Below the pieces are notes generated by a model. That model saw only the letters and a program-made list of their open reading frames with translations, ran no database searches and was not told the origin of the DNA. A program made the translations under genes and the position numbers. From a virus (taxonomy: Duplodnaviria > Caudoviricetes), in the IMG/VR virus record IMGVR_UViG_3300025875_000070, positions 1-35,874 of that record: 35,874 bases of DNA, one strand, 5' to 3'. Positions within the stretch are counted from its first letter, which is position 1; every line of letters starts with the position of its first letter. This document shows positions 25,329-34,916 of the stretch, piece by piece.

Positions 25329-25804
25329 AAATGCAAGTCCTGCAACATTTCCGCGTGGCGTTTGCGGCGGCGCATTTCGATAAACCGTAATAAGTCAATA
25401 TCTAGTTCTTGCGCCATCGTGTCATAATGCCCCACGTCGCGCAAGGCTTTCTCCATTCGCGTCGGGACAAAGCCCACGCTATACGCACGAAGGGCCGCCA
25501 CTAAAGCGGGGGAACCCACACGCGTGAGGATAAAACAGTCGTTTAGGGCAACAAGCTGTAATTCCCCGGCCCATTGGGTAGGGGGTTTATCGGTTATTTC
25601 CAAGTCAAGCCATAGTGGGCCAGCGCGCAGCATGGCGCGGCCGGGGACGTGCTGTTGCAGCACCTGGCCCGTTTGATGGGCGATTTGTTGGGCGGCTACG
25701 GGGGTACAAATCAGGTCCACGTCGCCCACCCAGCCTTCGCGCCAAGGCGGTAAAAATCCGCCAAGCTTAGCGGCCATGCTGCCGACTATTACGGCGTCAT
25801 ACAT
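25325..25804 (-). CDS. Putative nucleotidyltransferase-fold protein
   Basis: IVGSMA...GDVDLI gives the GS and DxD motifs, with a later LDLE. Confidence 0.45.
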   Translation of the reverse strand: MYDAVIVGSMAAKLGGFLPPWREGWVGDVDLICTPVAAQQIAHQTGQVLQQHVPGRAMLRAGPLWLDLEITDKPPTQWAGELQLVALNDCFILTRVGSPALVAALRAYSVGFVPTRMEKALRDVGHYDTMAQELDIDLLRFIEMRRRKRHAEMLQDLHL

Positions 25805-26438
25805 TGGTAACGTCCACTAAAAGGGCCGGCCCGACTTCGCCGCTTCCGTCAGTGTCGCTGAATTGCGATTGGCTGCGGACTTTAGCGCCATTGTAAAAGG
25901 TGCCGTTGTCGTAACGAAGCCCGCCCGCCGTGGCATCGAATACTATCTTGCCCGTATCGCGCCCCTGGCTATCTAAAAGAACTTCGACCCGCTGTTGCCA
26001 GTGTATGCCTGCCCCCACGATGGCCCCCTGTTTGCCCGCAGGCACGGTGCCCAAACCGAAGCCAAGCATGCGCAAAGGCGCGTGATGGCTGTGGAAGAGC
26101 AAGCCCCCGGCGCCGTCTCTGATTTCCAACGCGGCAACGCCAGTAGGAGGGGCCATGGCGCTAGCGCGGTCAAAGACCCACCAGGGCACGCTATACCCCG
26201 GGACCGTCTCGAAGTACTCAAAATGGAACGTCCAAGTACTCCCGTTCTTGGACGTTCCGGTATGCGCCGCATTACAAAGCTGCGGCCGCCAAGCAATAAG
26301 AGGCGCTACCCCCGACGGGTTCGTATAGGAAACGCCGCCAAGTTGCGTTGTGCCTTTAGCCATAAGGCTCATAGCGCTAAGGTTCGTATCGAACTGTAGG
26401 GCGCCGGATGCGTTGAATATCTGTAAACCTGCGGCCAT
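25797..26438 (-). CDS. Minor tail or tail-tip accessory protein
   Basis: MAAGLQIFNASGALQFD, with an internal repeat ALEIRDGAGGLLF; downstream of the J-like gene. Confidence 0.65.
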   Translation of the reverse strand: MAAGLQIFNASGALQFDTNLSAMSLMAKGTTQLGGVSYTNPSGVAPLIAWRPQLCNAAHTGTSKNGSTWTFHFEYFETVPGYSVPWWVFDRASAMAPPTGVAALEIRDGAGGLLFHSHHAPLRMLGFGLGTVPAGKQGAIVGAGIHWQQRVEVLLDSQGRDTGKIVFDATAGGLRYDNGTFYNGAKVRSQSQFSDTDGSGEVGPALLVDVTNV

Positions 26439-26743
26439 TATGACCAACCGTAATGGAAGTTGGTCACGGTATTCGCTGACGCTTTTTCAACCCGGAAACT
26501 AAATTGGTTTCGGGCGGGGTAGCCTAAACGCACTTGATAATCGTACCAGGCGCCCGCATTGACGCTGTCGATATATACGAAAAGTTCATTCGCGGTGCCA
26601 CCATCCGGATACGGCACCGTAATAGTTTCCCATACCGCCGACGCGCCGACGCGGGTAATGGTGCCGGCGATCGTGGCCGTACGATCCGTAATATCCAAAA
26701 TGATTTGGCCAGCAGCGTTAAAAATCTGCAAACCCGCGGGCAT
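26438..26743 (-). CDS. Minor tail or tail-tip accessory protein
   Basis: MPAGLQIFNAAGQIILDITDR, typical of small genes following J-like proteins; TGATG overlap. Confidence 0.7.
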   Translation of the reverse strand: MPAGLQIFNAAGQIILDITDRTATIAGTITRVGASAVWETITVPYPDGGTANELFVYIDSVNAGAWYDYQVRLGYPARNQFSFRVEKASANTVTNFHYGWS

Positions 26744-29700
26744 CACCAAACCCCCAAGCGCACGCGCAAAACGCCGTTGGCGTCATAAATGCGCTGATGG
26801 CCACCAGACCATTCGAGACGCGCACCGCCGCCCGGTTTTAGGATGGAGAAATGGTCGGCGTTCACCACGAAATTGCCGTACTGCCCGTTATTATTGGTGG
26901 CCCACCCGGTCATATACCCATTTACGTCGACGGATACGCCGGCACGACCGAACAAGGTAGCTACGCCGCCTTCTAGCGTGCCGATCGCTTGCGAAAAGTT
27001 CGTGATGGTCACTTGCTGCGCGTTGACCGTGTTCTGCAAGCCGGGAATGACGGTACCCGAACGGATTTCTTCGGCGGTTGCCTTACGGACACCGGCCTTA
27101 TAAATGAACAGTTCCTTGGCGGCAGTAGCGCCGAAGCCGCCCCACCCGACCATGAGATGCCAGTTAGTGTATACTTGGTCGGTTCGTACCAGTTTAGAAA
27201 AGTAGCGCCGCCCCCCAACGGTAGCCCCAATTTGCCCGTTAGCGTCCGGCTCGTTGGCAAAATGCAAGCCCGCCAGGCCATACCCGTGAATTGTCAACCC
27301 GGAACCTTGATACGACCCCCCCACTAAAGCTACATCGGCTTCGATGACGTACCAACCGGCAGCCATGGAAAATTGCTGTTGAACCCCCGCATTTATCCCG
27401 GCTCCCGCTCCCGCGCGGACAAATTGCGGTTGGTCCGCGCCCCCGTCTAAGCGTCGAGCCAAATCCAGCCAGGCCCCCCATTGCGTCCACCCCCGGGGAG
27501 TGGCCTCCCCTTCGACCCATGCCAGTTTAGGATTTGGGTTCAGCGTGCCGGTGGCCCCCTGCCCGAGCAAAGTTACAGTGGAAGTCAAACCCGCGTAATT
27601 GGTATTTGCCGTCGTGAGCGCTTCGGCCGTTTGCCGGATTTGGGTGCCGTGCGTCGTTAGGGTCGTCTCGTGCCGCGCTGCGGTCTCGTTCAACGTAGCG
27701 ATGGCTTGCGATTGCGTCCCCACTGTCGCTTCCAGTGCGGGCAAAGCTGTTTTCGCGGCAATCTCTCCGGTGCTAGCCGGGCGTAGCCCAAAATAATGCA
27801 AATGAACAATTTTATCGGCATACTTCCCGTCCGTACCGTTATTCATATAGTGAAAAACAAGGTCTTTCGTATCGGGATGCGAAAAATCCAGAAACCAACT
27901 ATAGCGAAGCACCTTGCCTGGCTCGCTTTGCCACCCGCTCGGGTAATTCACGGCGCCAGTCACATCGGGTACGGCCGCTAAGTGAAGGATGTGGGGGTTT
28001 CCAATATGGGCCCCCGTCGCAGTTCGGGTGTAAACGAAGGGGCCCGCGCCTACAAAGCTGCCGGCCTCTAAAGCAAGGGATAGTTCCATCACATAAAAGC
28101 CCGGGCCAAGTAGCGAGGCTACCGACGGAACCACGCCATTAACTGTATTGCCCACACTGTGAACGCGAAACACGTTACCGCCGTACATGCTGGCAACGTT
28201 AGGCTTGGACGCGCCGTAAAGGGCGTTCCAGTTTGTCCATCCCACGGGGTAGGTCTGCCCGGCTGGCCAGTTAGCAAAAGCCGGGTTAGGGGTGACAGAA
28301 CCCCCGCTGATTTGTGCCACGATGCCCACGCTGGTTTCCGCGCGTGAGGCGTGACCGGAAGCGGTTGTTGCTGCTTGCACGGCCACCGTGGCGCTGCCCG
28401 CCGCGTTGTCGTCATGCCCGGCCGCGGAAATCCGCGACTGTTCGCTGGCGGCGGCCGATACGCCTGCGGCCGTTGCATGCGCTCCTGCCGTCTCGCTACG
28501 TGTAAGCGCCGCGTTGGCGTGCCCCTGTGAGGCATTACGTGCTTCGACTGCAAGCTGTTGAGATGTGGCCGCTCCGCTGGCCGCTCCTTGCGCGTCGTTT
28601 TTGGCCTGCACGGCTGTACCGCTCGCCGCGGTGGCAGTGCTCGCGTCGCTTTTAGCCGCCAAAGCGTAATTAGCCGCTGCATCCGCTTCACCGGCGGCCG
28701 CTAAGCGCTCCGCAATCGCAGCGTCTCGGGCGGCAATCGCAGCGTCTCGGGCGGCTTCGGCTTGTGAGATGGCTTGGGCCGCCCCGCCGTCACTGCTAAA
28801 TAGCGCGTCTATGTCGGCCTCGGCCTGCGCGATACGGATTTGAGCTTCGATTATGTCCGCATCTAGCTGGTCAATCCGTGCCTGCTCTTCGACCGTAAGG
28901 CCCCCCGCGGTCGCGCCAGGCTCGGCGGGTTTCAGATCTTCAAAGCTGGTTCCGTCCGCGTATTCAAGTTCGGTGCTTTCCAGAAGCTGCAAAATTACAG
29001 CCTTACTCGCATCGTACTTAACCAGTTCCACCGGTTGCACCGCGGGCCGTTCGTCACGGTCCCATAGGTAAATATCGGGATGCTCTTCCTGCAGCACGAT
29101 CGGGCACGCGCCATCGGGCCGAATGCCGTGTTCGACCACGCGAAAAAGCTTGGCCCCCCACCCGAGCGAGGAAAATTGCAACGTTACAATGTCGCCTAGC
29201 TGCAAGGCCCAGCCTCGGGGGCCAATGGTGGTTTCAAAGCGGCCCTGGTATTTTAGGCGGGCAAACTGCTGCTTGACAAGGCGCTGCGCTTGTGAAGGGG
29301 ACTGTACCAAAGGTAGGTCAAACGGCAAGACGCGTTCGATCCCATCAATGGGCGCCTCTCGGTAGCGGGGGTAGTCGACAAGCTGGAAAAGCGAGGCGCG
29401 GCGAGGGTCGGTGAAGCGGCCGCGGATCTCGTTATACTTACGTTCGATCGGGCCCTTGGGGTTCCAGCGGAATTCCCCAAGCACATCGCTATCGTTCAGC
29501 GCCAGGCGCGGGGTGCCCAAGTCGTTGGAAAGCACGACCAAGCCGAAGCGCCCGCCCGTGTCCCGCATTTTGGAATTCATGGACGTTTCAAATGCTTCGA
29601 TAACCTGCCGCGGGTCATCATTCTCACTAAAAATGCCGTCCGTGCGGTACCGCGGCTCACTGCCCCCATCGGCTTTCTGCACGGTTTCATCACAGCCGTT

Positions 29701-30567
29701 GGCCGCCGTGATCGCCTTCATAAAGTCGAAACGGGCCGGGGGCACGCCGCGCCCCACCGCCAATTTGTAAACCCCGTTGGACGGGTTCCGAATGCGCCAG
29801 CCTAGCATATAGGTAAGCAACTGGTTCGCGGAGTTGCGGCCCACTTCCTTGCCGCCGTAGGTAAACGCCCACGTGGCCTGATCGTCGGCGCGCATGGTAC
29901 CGCTGCCGCCCCGCGTGCTATCAAACCGGGGGTCGTAAACGGGCATCCCGTTGCCTACAATTGTCATCCGGCTCGGGATGGACTGCGCGTATGGGCTTTC
30001 TTTTTTCTTACCGTTGCCCGTGACCTTGAAGCGCATGTGGACATAGGCACAGCCCGTGAGCCGGCGAGCCGAACCCCACTTCGTGCCGCTACCGATCGTC
30101 ACGGTGTTATTGGGGCCGCCTTCCAGCACGGGGGTGACGGCGAGATACCCCACGCTTTTGCCCTGCGCGCCGCCGGCTGCGGTCCACGCCAGTTCATCGT
30201 CAAGCCAAATTTCGTCTATGCTGTCGACCTTGTGGGACGCCACGCAAACGATTTGGTCCAGGTACTCTTGGTCCGCTCCCGTCCACTCCTGGTAGCGAAT
30301 GTCGGTTGCCATGGCCGTGCGGCCGAACACAAGCTTACGCGGCGCAGACGGGTCGACGTTGGCAAACAGCCGGTCGCGAGTGGCCCCGGACATTTCCGGC
30401 GACTTCGGCCCAAGTCCGAGCGTACCTGCCGCAAAGCCCAGCGACGCGCTAACCCCCGCCGTCGTAACTGCCGCGATGATAGACGCGGACATGACTTGCC
30501 CCACGCCCGGGATGACGTTAACCGCAACCGCCGCAACGATCGCGAGAGGCTTTACAAGCTTAGCCAC
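26743..30567 (-). CDS. Central tail fibre / host-specificity (J-like) protein
   Basis: PRKLVFGRT, a phage-tail_3-like region (SPSQAQRL...LQLGDIV), an Ala-rich coil, two beta-sandwich repeats, and C-terminal DVNGYMTGW...FVVNADHFSI...LRVRLGVW. Confidence 0.88.
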   Translation of the reverse strand: MAKLVKPLAIVAAVAVNVIPGVGQVMSASIIAAVTTAGVSASLGFAAGTLGLGPKSPEMSGATRDRLFANVDPSAPRKLVFGRTAMATDIRYQEWTGADQEYLDQIVCVASHKVDSIDEIWLDDELAWTAAGGAQGKSVGYLAVTPVLEGGPNNTVTIGSGTKWGSARRLTGCAYVHMRFKVTGNGKKKESPYAQSIPSRMTIVGNGMPVYDPRFDSTRGGSGTMRADDQATWAFTYGGKEVGRNSANQLLTYMLGWRIRNPSNGVYKLAVGRGVPPARFDFMKAITAANGCDETVQKADGGSEPRYRTDGIFSENDDPRQVIEAFETSMNSKMRDTGGRFGLVVLSNDLGTPRLALNDSDVLGEFRWNPKGPIERKYNEIRGRFTDPRRASLFQLVDYPRYREAPIDGIERVLPFDLPLVQSPSQAQRLVKQQFARLKYQGRFETTIGPRGWALQLGDIVTLQFSSLGWGAKLFRVVEHGIRPDGACPIVLQEEHPDIYLWDRDERPAVQPVELVKYDASKAVILQLLESTELEYADGTSFEDLKPAEPGATAGGLTVEEQARIDQLDADIIEAQIRIAQAEADIDALFSSDGGAAQAISQAEAARDAAIAARDAAIAERLAAAGEADAAANYALAAKSDASTATAASGTAVQAKNDAQGAASGAATSQQLAVEARNASQGHANAALTRSETAGAHATAAGVSAAASEQSRISAAGHDDNAAGSATVAVQAATTASGHASRAETSVGIVAQISGGSVTPNPAFANWPAGQTYPVGWTNWNALYGASKPNVASMYGGNVFRVHSVGNTVNGVVPSVASLLGPGFYVMELSLALEAGSFVGAGPFVYTRTATGAHIGNPHILHLAAVPDVTGAVNYPSGWQSEPGKVLRYSWFLDFSHPDTKDLVFHYMNNGTDGKYADKIVHLHYFGLRPASTGEIAAKTALPALEATVGTQSQAIATLNETAARHETTLTTHGTQIRQTAEALTTANTNYAGLTSTVTLLGQGATGTLNPNPKLAWVEGEATPRGWTQWGAWLDLARRLDGGADQPQFVRAGAGAGINAGVQQQFSMAAGWYVIEADVALVGGSYQGSGLTIHGYGLAGLHFANEPDANGQIGATVGGRRYFSKLVRTDQVYTNWHLMVGWGGFGATAAKELFIYKAGVRKATAEEIRSGTVIPGLQNTVNAQQVTITNFSQAIGTLEGGVATLFGRAGVSVDVNGYMTGWATNNNGQYGNFVVNADHFSILKPGGGARLEWSGGHQRIYDANGVLRVRLGVW
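28712..28755. repeat. 21-bp tandem duplication in the tail fibre coil
   Basis: GCAATCGCAGCGTCTCGGGCG x2, equal to one heptad (AARDAAI). Confidence 0.85.
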
Positions 30568-30964
30568 GGCCGATAGCCCACGCCTTGGCCCAGTCGGCGC
30601 GAGGTACCGGAACCAGGATCGGCGTTCCAGCTGGTTGCTCCCCGATAAAATACGCCACGTCGCCCATCACTACGCCCACCACGCCTTCGTGCCAGGCCCA
30701 ATCGCCGCGTTGCGCCAGCGCCGGGTGGACTTCGGCAAACACCCCGGCAATCGTGGCTTCCAGATCCTTGGCAACTTCGGCAAAGCGCCCCCGAAAAGGC
30801 TTGGACGGGTTCTCGCCGGTCATGGCTTCGGCGGCACCCGCGGCGTAAAGCGCACAATACGAAGTCCGCGTGGGGCCGCCCACCCCGTCGTCCAGTTGGT
30901 CGCGGGCGCTCGCCATGTAATGCGCCAGGCGCGTTTCCCAATCGGGCAGCCGTTCCGTTACCAT
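30560..30964 (-). CDS. Tail assembly protein, NlpC/P60-like (DUF6950 type)
   Basis: RLPDWETRL...CALYAAGAAEAMTG...AQRGD; located upstream of the J-like gene. Confidence 0.7.
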   Translation of the reverse strand: MVTERLPDWETRLAHYMASARDQLDDGVGGPTRTSYCALYAAGAAEAMTGENPSKPFRGRFAEVAKDLEATIAGVFAEVHPALAQRGDWAWHEGVVGVVMGDVAYFIGEQPAGTPILVPVPRADWAKAWAIGRG

Positions 30965-31629
30965 TGGTTCACCCGCCCTGCTGCCCGGCCCGCGCCGGGA
31001 GAGGTTCCCCCGGGGGCCACGACGTTGCCGTAACCGCCGCCGCCCGTCAAGCCCGCGCCCCCGGTGCCATTCGCAATGGCAATAGCCGCGTCGGCGCTGC
31101 GGTCGCCCGGGTCGAAGTCGTGCTGGTCCAGGTACGTGCGACCCGACGGCGCGGAAAGGGCGGAAAGGTAGGTTTCGATTGTCAACTCAATTACCTGCCG
31201 TTCGGGGCTGCCGGTAATGGGCATGTCGACCATATAGCCGGTATAGTAGTTCCAGAAGGCCCCCTGCCGCACGTTGTTCTGGTTGTAGATCGCCTGCCAC
31301 AAGCGAGCCACGCGGCCGCGCCACCTGGTTTCATCCGCCATGAGATTAAGCAACTCATTGTCGGGCAGGATAAGCCCCGACATCGTGATAGTGAGCGTTT
31401 CGGCGCCGCCCTCCTGGAACTTCGCCTCGCCCACGTCCAGCACGTCAGCACGCAAGGCTTCGAACGTGAACCCGTCCAAGTCGGTGTCCCCGGTGGCACT
31501 AAACGTAAGGTCCGCCGGCCAGGTAGTCGACCGCAACGGGTCGCCGTCAATGTCAAGGTAGACAAGGAACGCCGGCTTGAGAAACGTTCCCTCTAGCGCG
31601 GCAACGGCGGTGGGATCGGCGCGGCTCAT
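30958..31629 (-). CDS. Minor tail protein (hub-like)
   Basis: Position in the tail-tip module; WRGRVARLW...YYTGYM...PGDRS. Confidence 0.65.
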   Translation of the reverse strand: MSRADPTAVAALEGTFLKPAFLVYLDIDGDPLRSTTWPADLTFSATGDTDLDGFTFEALRADVLDVGEAKFQEGGAETLTITMSGLILPDNELLNLMADETRWRGRVARLWQAIYNQNNVRQGAFWNYYTGYMVDMPITGSPERQVIELTIETYLSALSAPSGRTYLDQHDFDPGDRSADAAIAIANGTGGAGLTGGGGYGNVVAPGGTSPGAGRAAGRVNQW

Positions 31630-32240
31630 GCTTCGAAGCTTTCTTCGGCATCGAACGCGAAGTTATATTTGCCTTCATCCTCGGGCAGCGGGACGTCATC
31701 TTGCGTGAGTTTCATTTGACAAACCGGGTTCTTGGCCAACACGATTGCGCCGGGCGCCAACGCTTGACGCAACGGCGCCCGAAATGTGGCGGTGCCTACC
31801 CCGCTGGAATTGGCGACCAGGTTCTGCGTAAGCATAACCATTTGCCGGACGCCCGATGGTAAAACGAACGTAAGCACGCGGCCTGCCGCTAGATATGTGC
31901 GGCTAGCGGGCATGCCGGCAATCAGCGCGGTTTCCGCCCCGGCGGCGGCACCCGCAGACCCCACAATAGCGTCAGCCGCTACCGGCTGGCAGCGTTTCCA
32001 CGGCATAAGGAACGAATGCGCCCTGCCTTCCAGGGAGGTAAAGAACGCGTACCACGGCAGCGCCGCCGCTTCGGTCGTAATTTCCATAAGCGATGCGGAC
32101 ACGCGCCAGCGGCCTGCCCCGGGCAAGCGGACGATTTTCTGCGCGCCAGTCCAGCCCGACCGGTTCACCTGGTTTTGGGCAGGTGGAACCCACGTGGCCC
32201 GCGGGAAAATCGCATTTGGGGGCATAATTTTCAACGCCAC
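31626..32240 (-). CDS. Distal tail protein
   Basis: Immediately after the tape measure gene; RSGWTG...LEGRAHSF...FRAPLR. Confidence 0.65.
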   Translation of the reverse strand: MALKIMPPNAIFPRATWVPPAQNQVNRSGWTGAQKIVRLPGAGRWRVSASLMEITTEAAALPWYAFFTSLEGRAHSFLMPWKRCQPVAADAIVGSAGAAAGAETALIAGMPASRTYLAAGRVLTFVLPSGVRQMVMLTQNLVANSSGVGTATFRAPLRQALAPGAIVLAKNPVCQMKLTQDDVPLPEDEGKYNFAFDAEESFEA

Positions 32241-32244
32241 GGGG

Positions 32245-34677
32245 CTAGGTCATCCTTTTGCGCTGCAGGCTGCGCATCGTAGCGCTTTGGGCGGCTTGTA
32301 CGATAGTAGGCGCTGCGTCCGCAAGGGTTTGGTGGATAAGGGCCACAGTCTGTTCGTTCGCGCCCGGCGCCGAAACGGTAATAGTCATATTGATGGTCGG
32401 GCCGGCATTGCCGCCCCCCGCTTGTGCCATCGTCCGCATTTGGCCTAGCGGGATGATCTTGCCGGACTGCGCGGGCATAAAACCCTCGCCATCGGTCACG
32501 CGGTACATTTTGCCGCTTTGGACGTGACCACCCGATGCCCGGCCGCCGAACAACCCCGAAATGAATGAGCCCGCGGCACCGATAAAGCCGCCCCCACCTG
32601 TGCCGGACGCGCCGGCAATCGCTCGGGTTAGGGGCTCAATTACCAAGTGTTGTAGGAGCATATCTAAGGCACTGGCAATAAGCGGGTCGTCGACGCCTAG
32701 TTGGCTCATGATGGCATCGCGCATCCCGCCGCGAATGCGCTCTACTTCGTCCACTACCAACTCTTCGGCCCGATCGCCCATATTCTCGCGGTCGCGAGCC
32801 ATCTCGTCCATGTATCGCGCCAAGGGGCCTTGGTGGTCCTGCTCAACTCCCGTGCGGCGGCCGGCCTGCGCCGTGGCCAGGGCGCGACGGGCGTGTTCGG
32901 CATCCGCAACCCCCCTAGTCGCAATGAGCGCTTCCAAATCGGCCCGTTCCTGATCTTCGGCAATGTCCAATAGCCGCCGCTCGAGGGCTAGCCGTTCCTC
33001 GCGTGTGCGTGCCAAATCTGCTTGAGCGGCAATCGCATTGGCCTCCAGGTTGCGGTTTTCCTGCAGGCGGCGGTGCTGGTCCATGTTTTCGCGCTCGGCT
33101 TCCCGCGCGCGTTCGCTTGCCTCTTGCGCTAGCTCTCGGTCCCGATCGGCAATCACGGCGGCCGAACGCATTGCCAGCGTCGTGTCGTGCATGGCCTGCA
33201 GGCGTTCGCGCTGCAAAGGTGTGTACCGGGCGTCGGCTTCTATTTGCGCGCGTTCCCGGGCCCGCTCGGCTGTCAGGCGTTCCGTTTCCAAGCGGGCCCG
33301 CTCGGCAGCCGTGGTCGCGGCTTCCCGGCTTAGCTGTAGCTGTTCATTGGCGAGTGCGTATTCTTCGCGTTCAAAGGCCTTGGGGTCCAAGGGCGACCGT
33401 TCAACCCGGGGTCGCGCCCCGCCACCGCCCGTCGCCCGCGGTCGTGCGCGCCCGCCCCCGCCACCGCCCGTCGCACGCGGTCGTGCGGGTGCCGCACCCG
33501 ATGCGGGACGTTCGGGCTCGAAACCGCCCCGAATGATCGCTAAGCGACGATCGGCGCTAGCCGCGTTGTACCCCTTGTTGAACCGCCCGAGTAGGTCGGT
33601 ACCGCCGGACGAAAGGCCGCCAAAGTTGCCCGTCTTTTGGTTGAGCCAACCCGTGATTGCGTCAATCTGCCCAAGACCGGGCCGGATGCGATCGCCAAGG
33701 CTCATGGCCTCGCTTTCGATTTGGCCAAAGACCGAACGCGCCGCGTCCAGCAGCGGGTCGAACGCATTTGCAAGACCCTCAAAGGTGGCCCGAATGTCAA
33801 TGCCCGCCTCGCTGGCCGATGCCGCCAGATCCCCGAACCCGTCCGAACCCTCGGTGATAAAGCTAGTGAGCATTTGGGAGAACCCGCCGCCCTTGTCGAA
33901 CTCACCAAAAGTGATGACCGCCGAGTTATAAACCTGCGTCATGGCCTGATCGAAGGTCACGGGCATTTGCTTAAATTCGGCGTCAATACCGGCCGTAAAT
34001 TCCTTGTCGGTAAAGGCGCGCACAAGCTTGTCGCTGGTAAGTTCGCCTTCCTCCGCCATGGCTCGCAAGGCGCCAACTGGTACGCCCAGGCTATCCGCTA
34101 ACAGACGGGCCAGCCGCGGCGCCGCCTCCATAACTGTGTTAAACTCGTCGCCACGCAGCACGCCGGACTGTAGCCCCTGCACAAGCTGCCGGGTAGCTTG
34201 TGCCGCTTCCATTGCCGCGGCGCCACTGATCCTAAACGACTTGGACACGGTTTCAGTCGCGCGCGAGGCTTCCTCTTGCGTAATGCCCAGTTCCAAGGCG
34301 TTGCGCTGAAAATTGGCGTACAAACCGGCCGTTGCCGAAAGGTCGCTGCGGGTCGCATCCGCAACGCGGCGTACGTCCTCCTGCGCTTGGGCGAACGACC
34401 CACTTTGCGACGTGGCCAGACGAAGTTGCGCGGTAAGGTTGTTCGCTTCGTCGGCAATGCTCATAAGCTGCCGGGCGACAGCAACGGTAGCCACGCCAGC
34501 AAGCGCCGCGCCCATCCGCCCAGCGGTGCGGGAAATGACGTTTTCGGTTTGCCCTATGTCGCGCTGCATACGGCCGGTGGAGCGCGTAAACTGCTGCTCG
34601 GCGCGCAGGACGTTGGCGTTATATCGGTCTAGCTTCGCTTCTAGTTCGACAATGACGCGATCGGCGGTAATGGCCAT
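32245..34677 (-). CDS. Tail tape measure protein
   Basis: 810 aa, helical; QLVQGLQSGVLRGDEFNTVMEAAP tape-measure motif; C-terminal RASGG; follows the chaperone genes. Confidence 0.95.
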   Translation of the reverse strand: MAITADRVIVELEAKLDRYNANVLRAEQQFTRSTGRMQRDIGQTENVISRTAGRMGAALAGVATVAVARQLMSIADEANNLTAQLRLATSQSGSFAQAQEDVRRVADATRSDLSATAGLYANFQRNALELGITQEEASRATETVSKSFRISGAAAMEAAQATRQLVQGLQSGVLRGDEFNTVMEAAPRLARLLADSLGVPVGALRAMAEEGELTSDKLVRAFTDKEFTAGIDAEFKQMPVTFDQAMTQVYNSAVITFGEFDKGGGFSQMLTSFITEGSDGFGDLAASASEAGIDIRATFEGLANAFDPLLDAARSVFGQIESEAMSLGDRIRPGLGQIDAITGWLNQKTGNFGGLSSGGTDLLGRFNKGYNAASADRRLAIIRGGFEPERPASGAAPARPRATGGGGGGRARPRATGGGGARPRVERSPLDPKAFEREEYALANEQLQLSREAATTAAERARLETERLTAERARERAQIEADARYTPLQRERLQAMHDTTLAMRSAAVIADRDRELAQEASERAREAERENMDQHRRLQENRNLEANAIAAQADLARTREERLALERRLLDIAEDQERADLEALIATRGVADAEHARRALATAQAGRRTGVEQDHQGPLARYMDEMARDRENMGDRAEELVVDEVERIRGGMRDAIMSQLGVDDPLIASALDMLLQHLVIEPLTRAIAGASGTGGGGFIGAAGSFISGLFGGRASGGHVQSGKMYRVTDGEGFMPAQSGKIIPLGQMRTMAQAGGGNAGPTINMTITVSAPGANEQTVALIHQTLADAAPTIVQAAQSATMRSLQRKRMT

Positions 34678-34916
34678 TAGTCAACGCTCCCTGTCGCTAT
34701 GCCCAATTGTGCTAGCTCAAGCTGGCGTTGTCGAACGAAATCCACGTCGGGCAAATCCACGGGTTCGTCGTCGCCACCGTTCGTCTGCTTGTGGCGCTTG
34801 TTCCAGTTGGCCCGCATGGCGGTGAATTCCCAAAGGGTCAACCGCCGCGCCTGGTCGGGCGGGACGCCCATCATGGCACAATCTACTAGGGCGCTGGCGT
34901 AGTCGAACCATCCGCT
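34677..34916 (-). CDS. Tail assembly chaperone, frameshift extension (gpGT-like)
   Basis: The -1 frame from the A9 run reads SGWFDYASALVDCAMMGVPPDQARRLTLWEF..., continuous with track ORF 34677..34874. Confidence 0.75.
   Translation of the reverse strand, partial: SGWFDYASALVDCAMMGVPPDQARRLTLWEFTAMRANWNKRHKQTNGGDDEPVDLPDVDFVRQRQLELAQLGIATGSVD

Noticed and set aside
26743-28300. Diversity-generating retroelement acting on the tail fibre
   Set aside because: No reverse transcriptase in the window and no near-identical template/variable repeat pair seen.
33416-33487. 39-bp-period duplication in the tape measure gene (ARPRATGGGG x2)
   Set aside because: Real, but an ordinary low-complexity linker expansion.
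33038-33931. Long + strand ORFs opposite the tape measure gene, and similar ones such as 18136..18831, 22806..23582, 10877..11632 and 3268..3966
   Set aside because: Antisense shadows of well-supported genes in GC-rich DNA, with no motifs or RBS.
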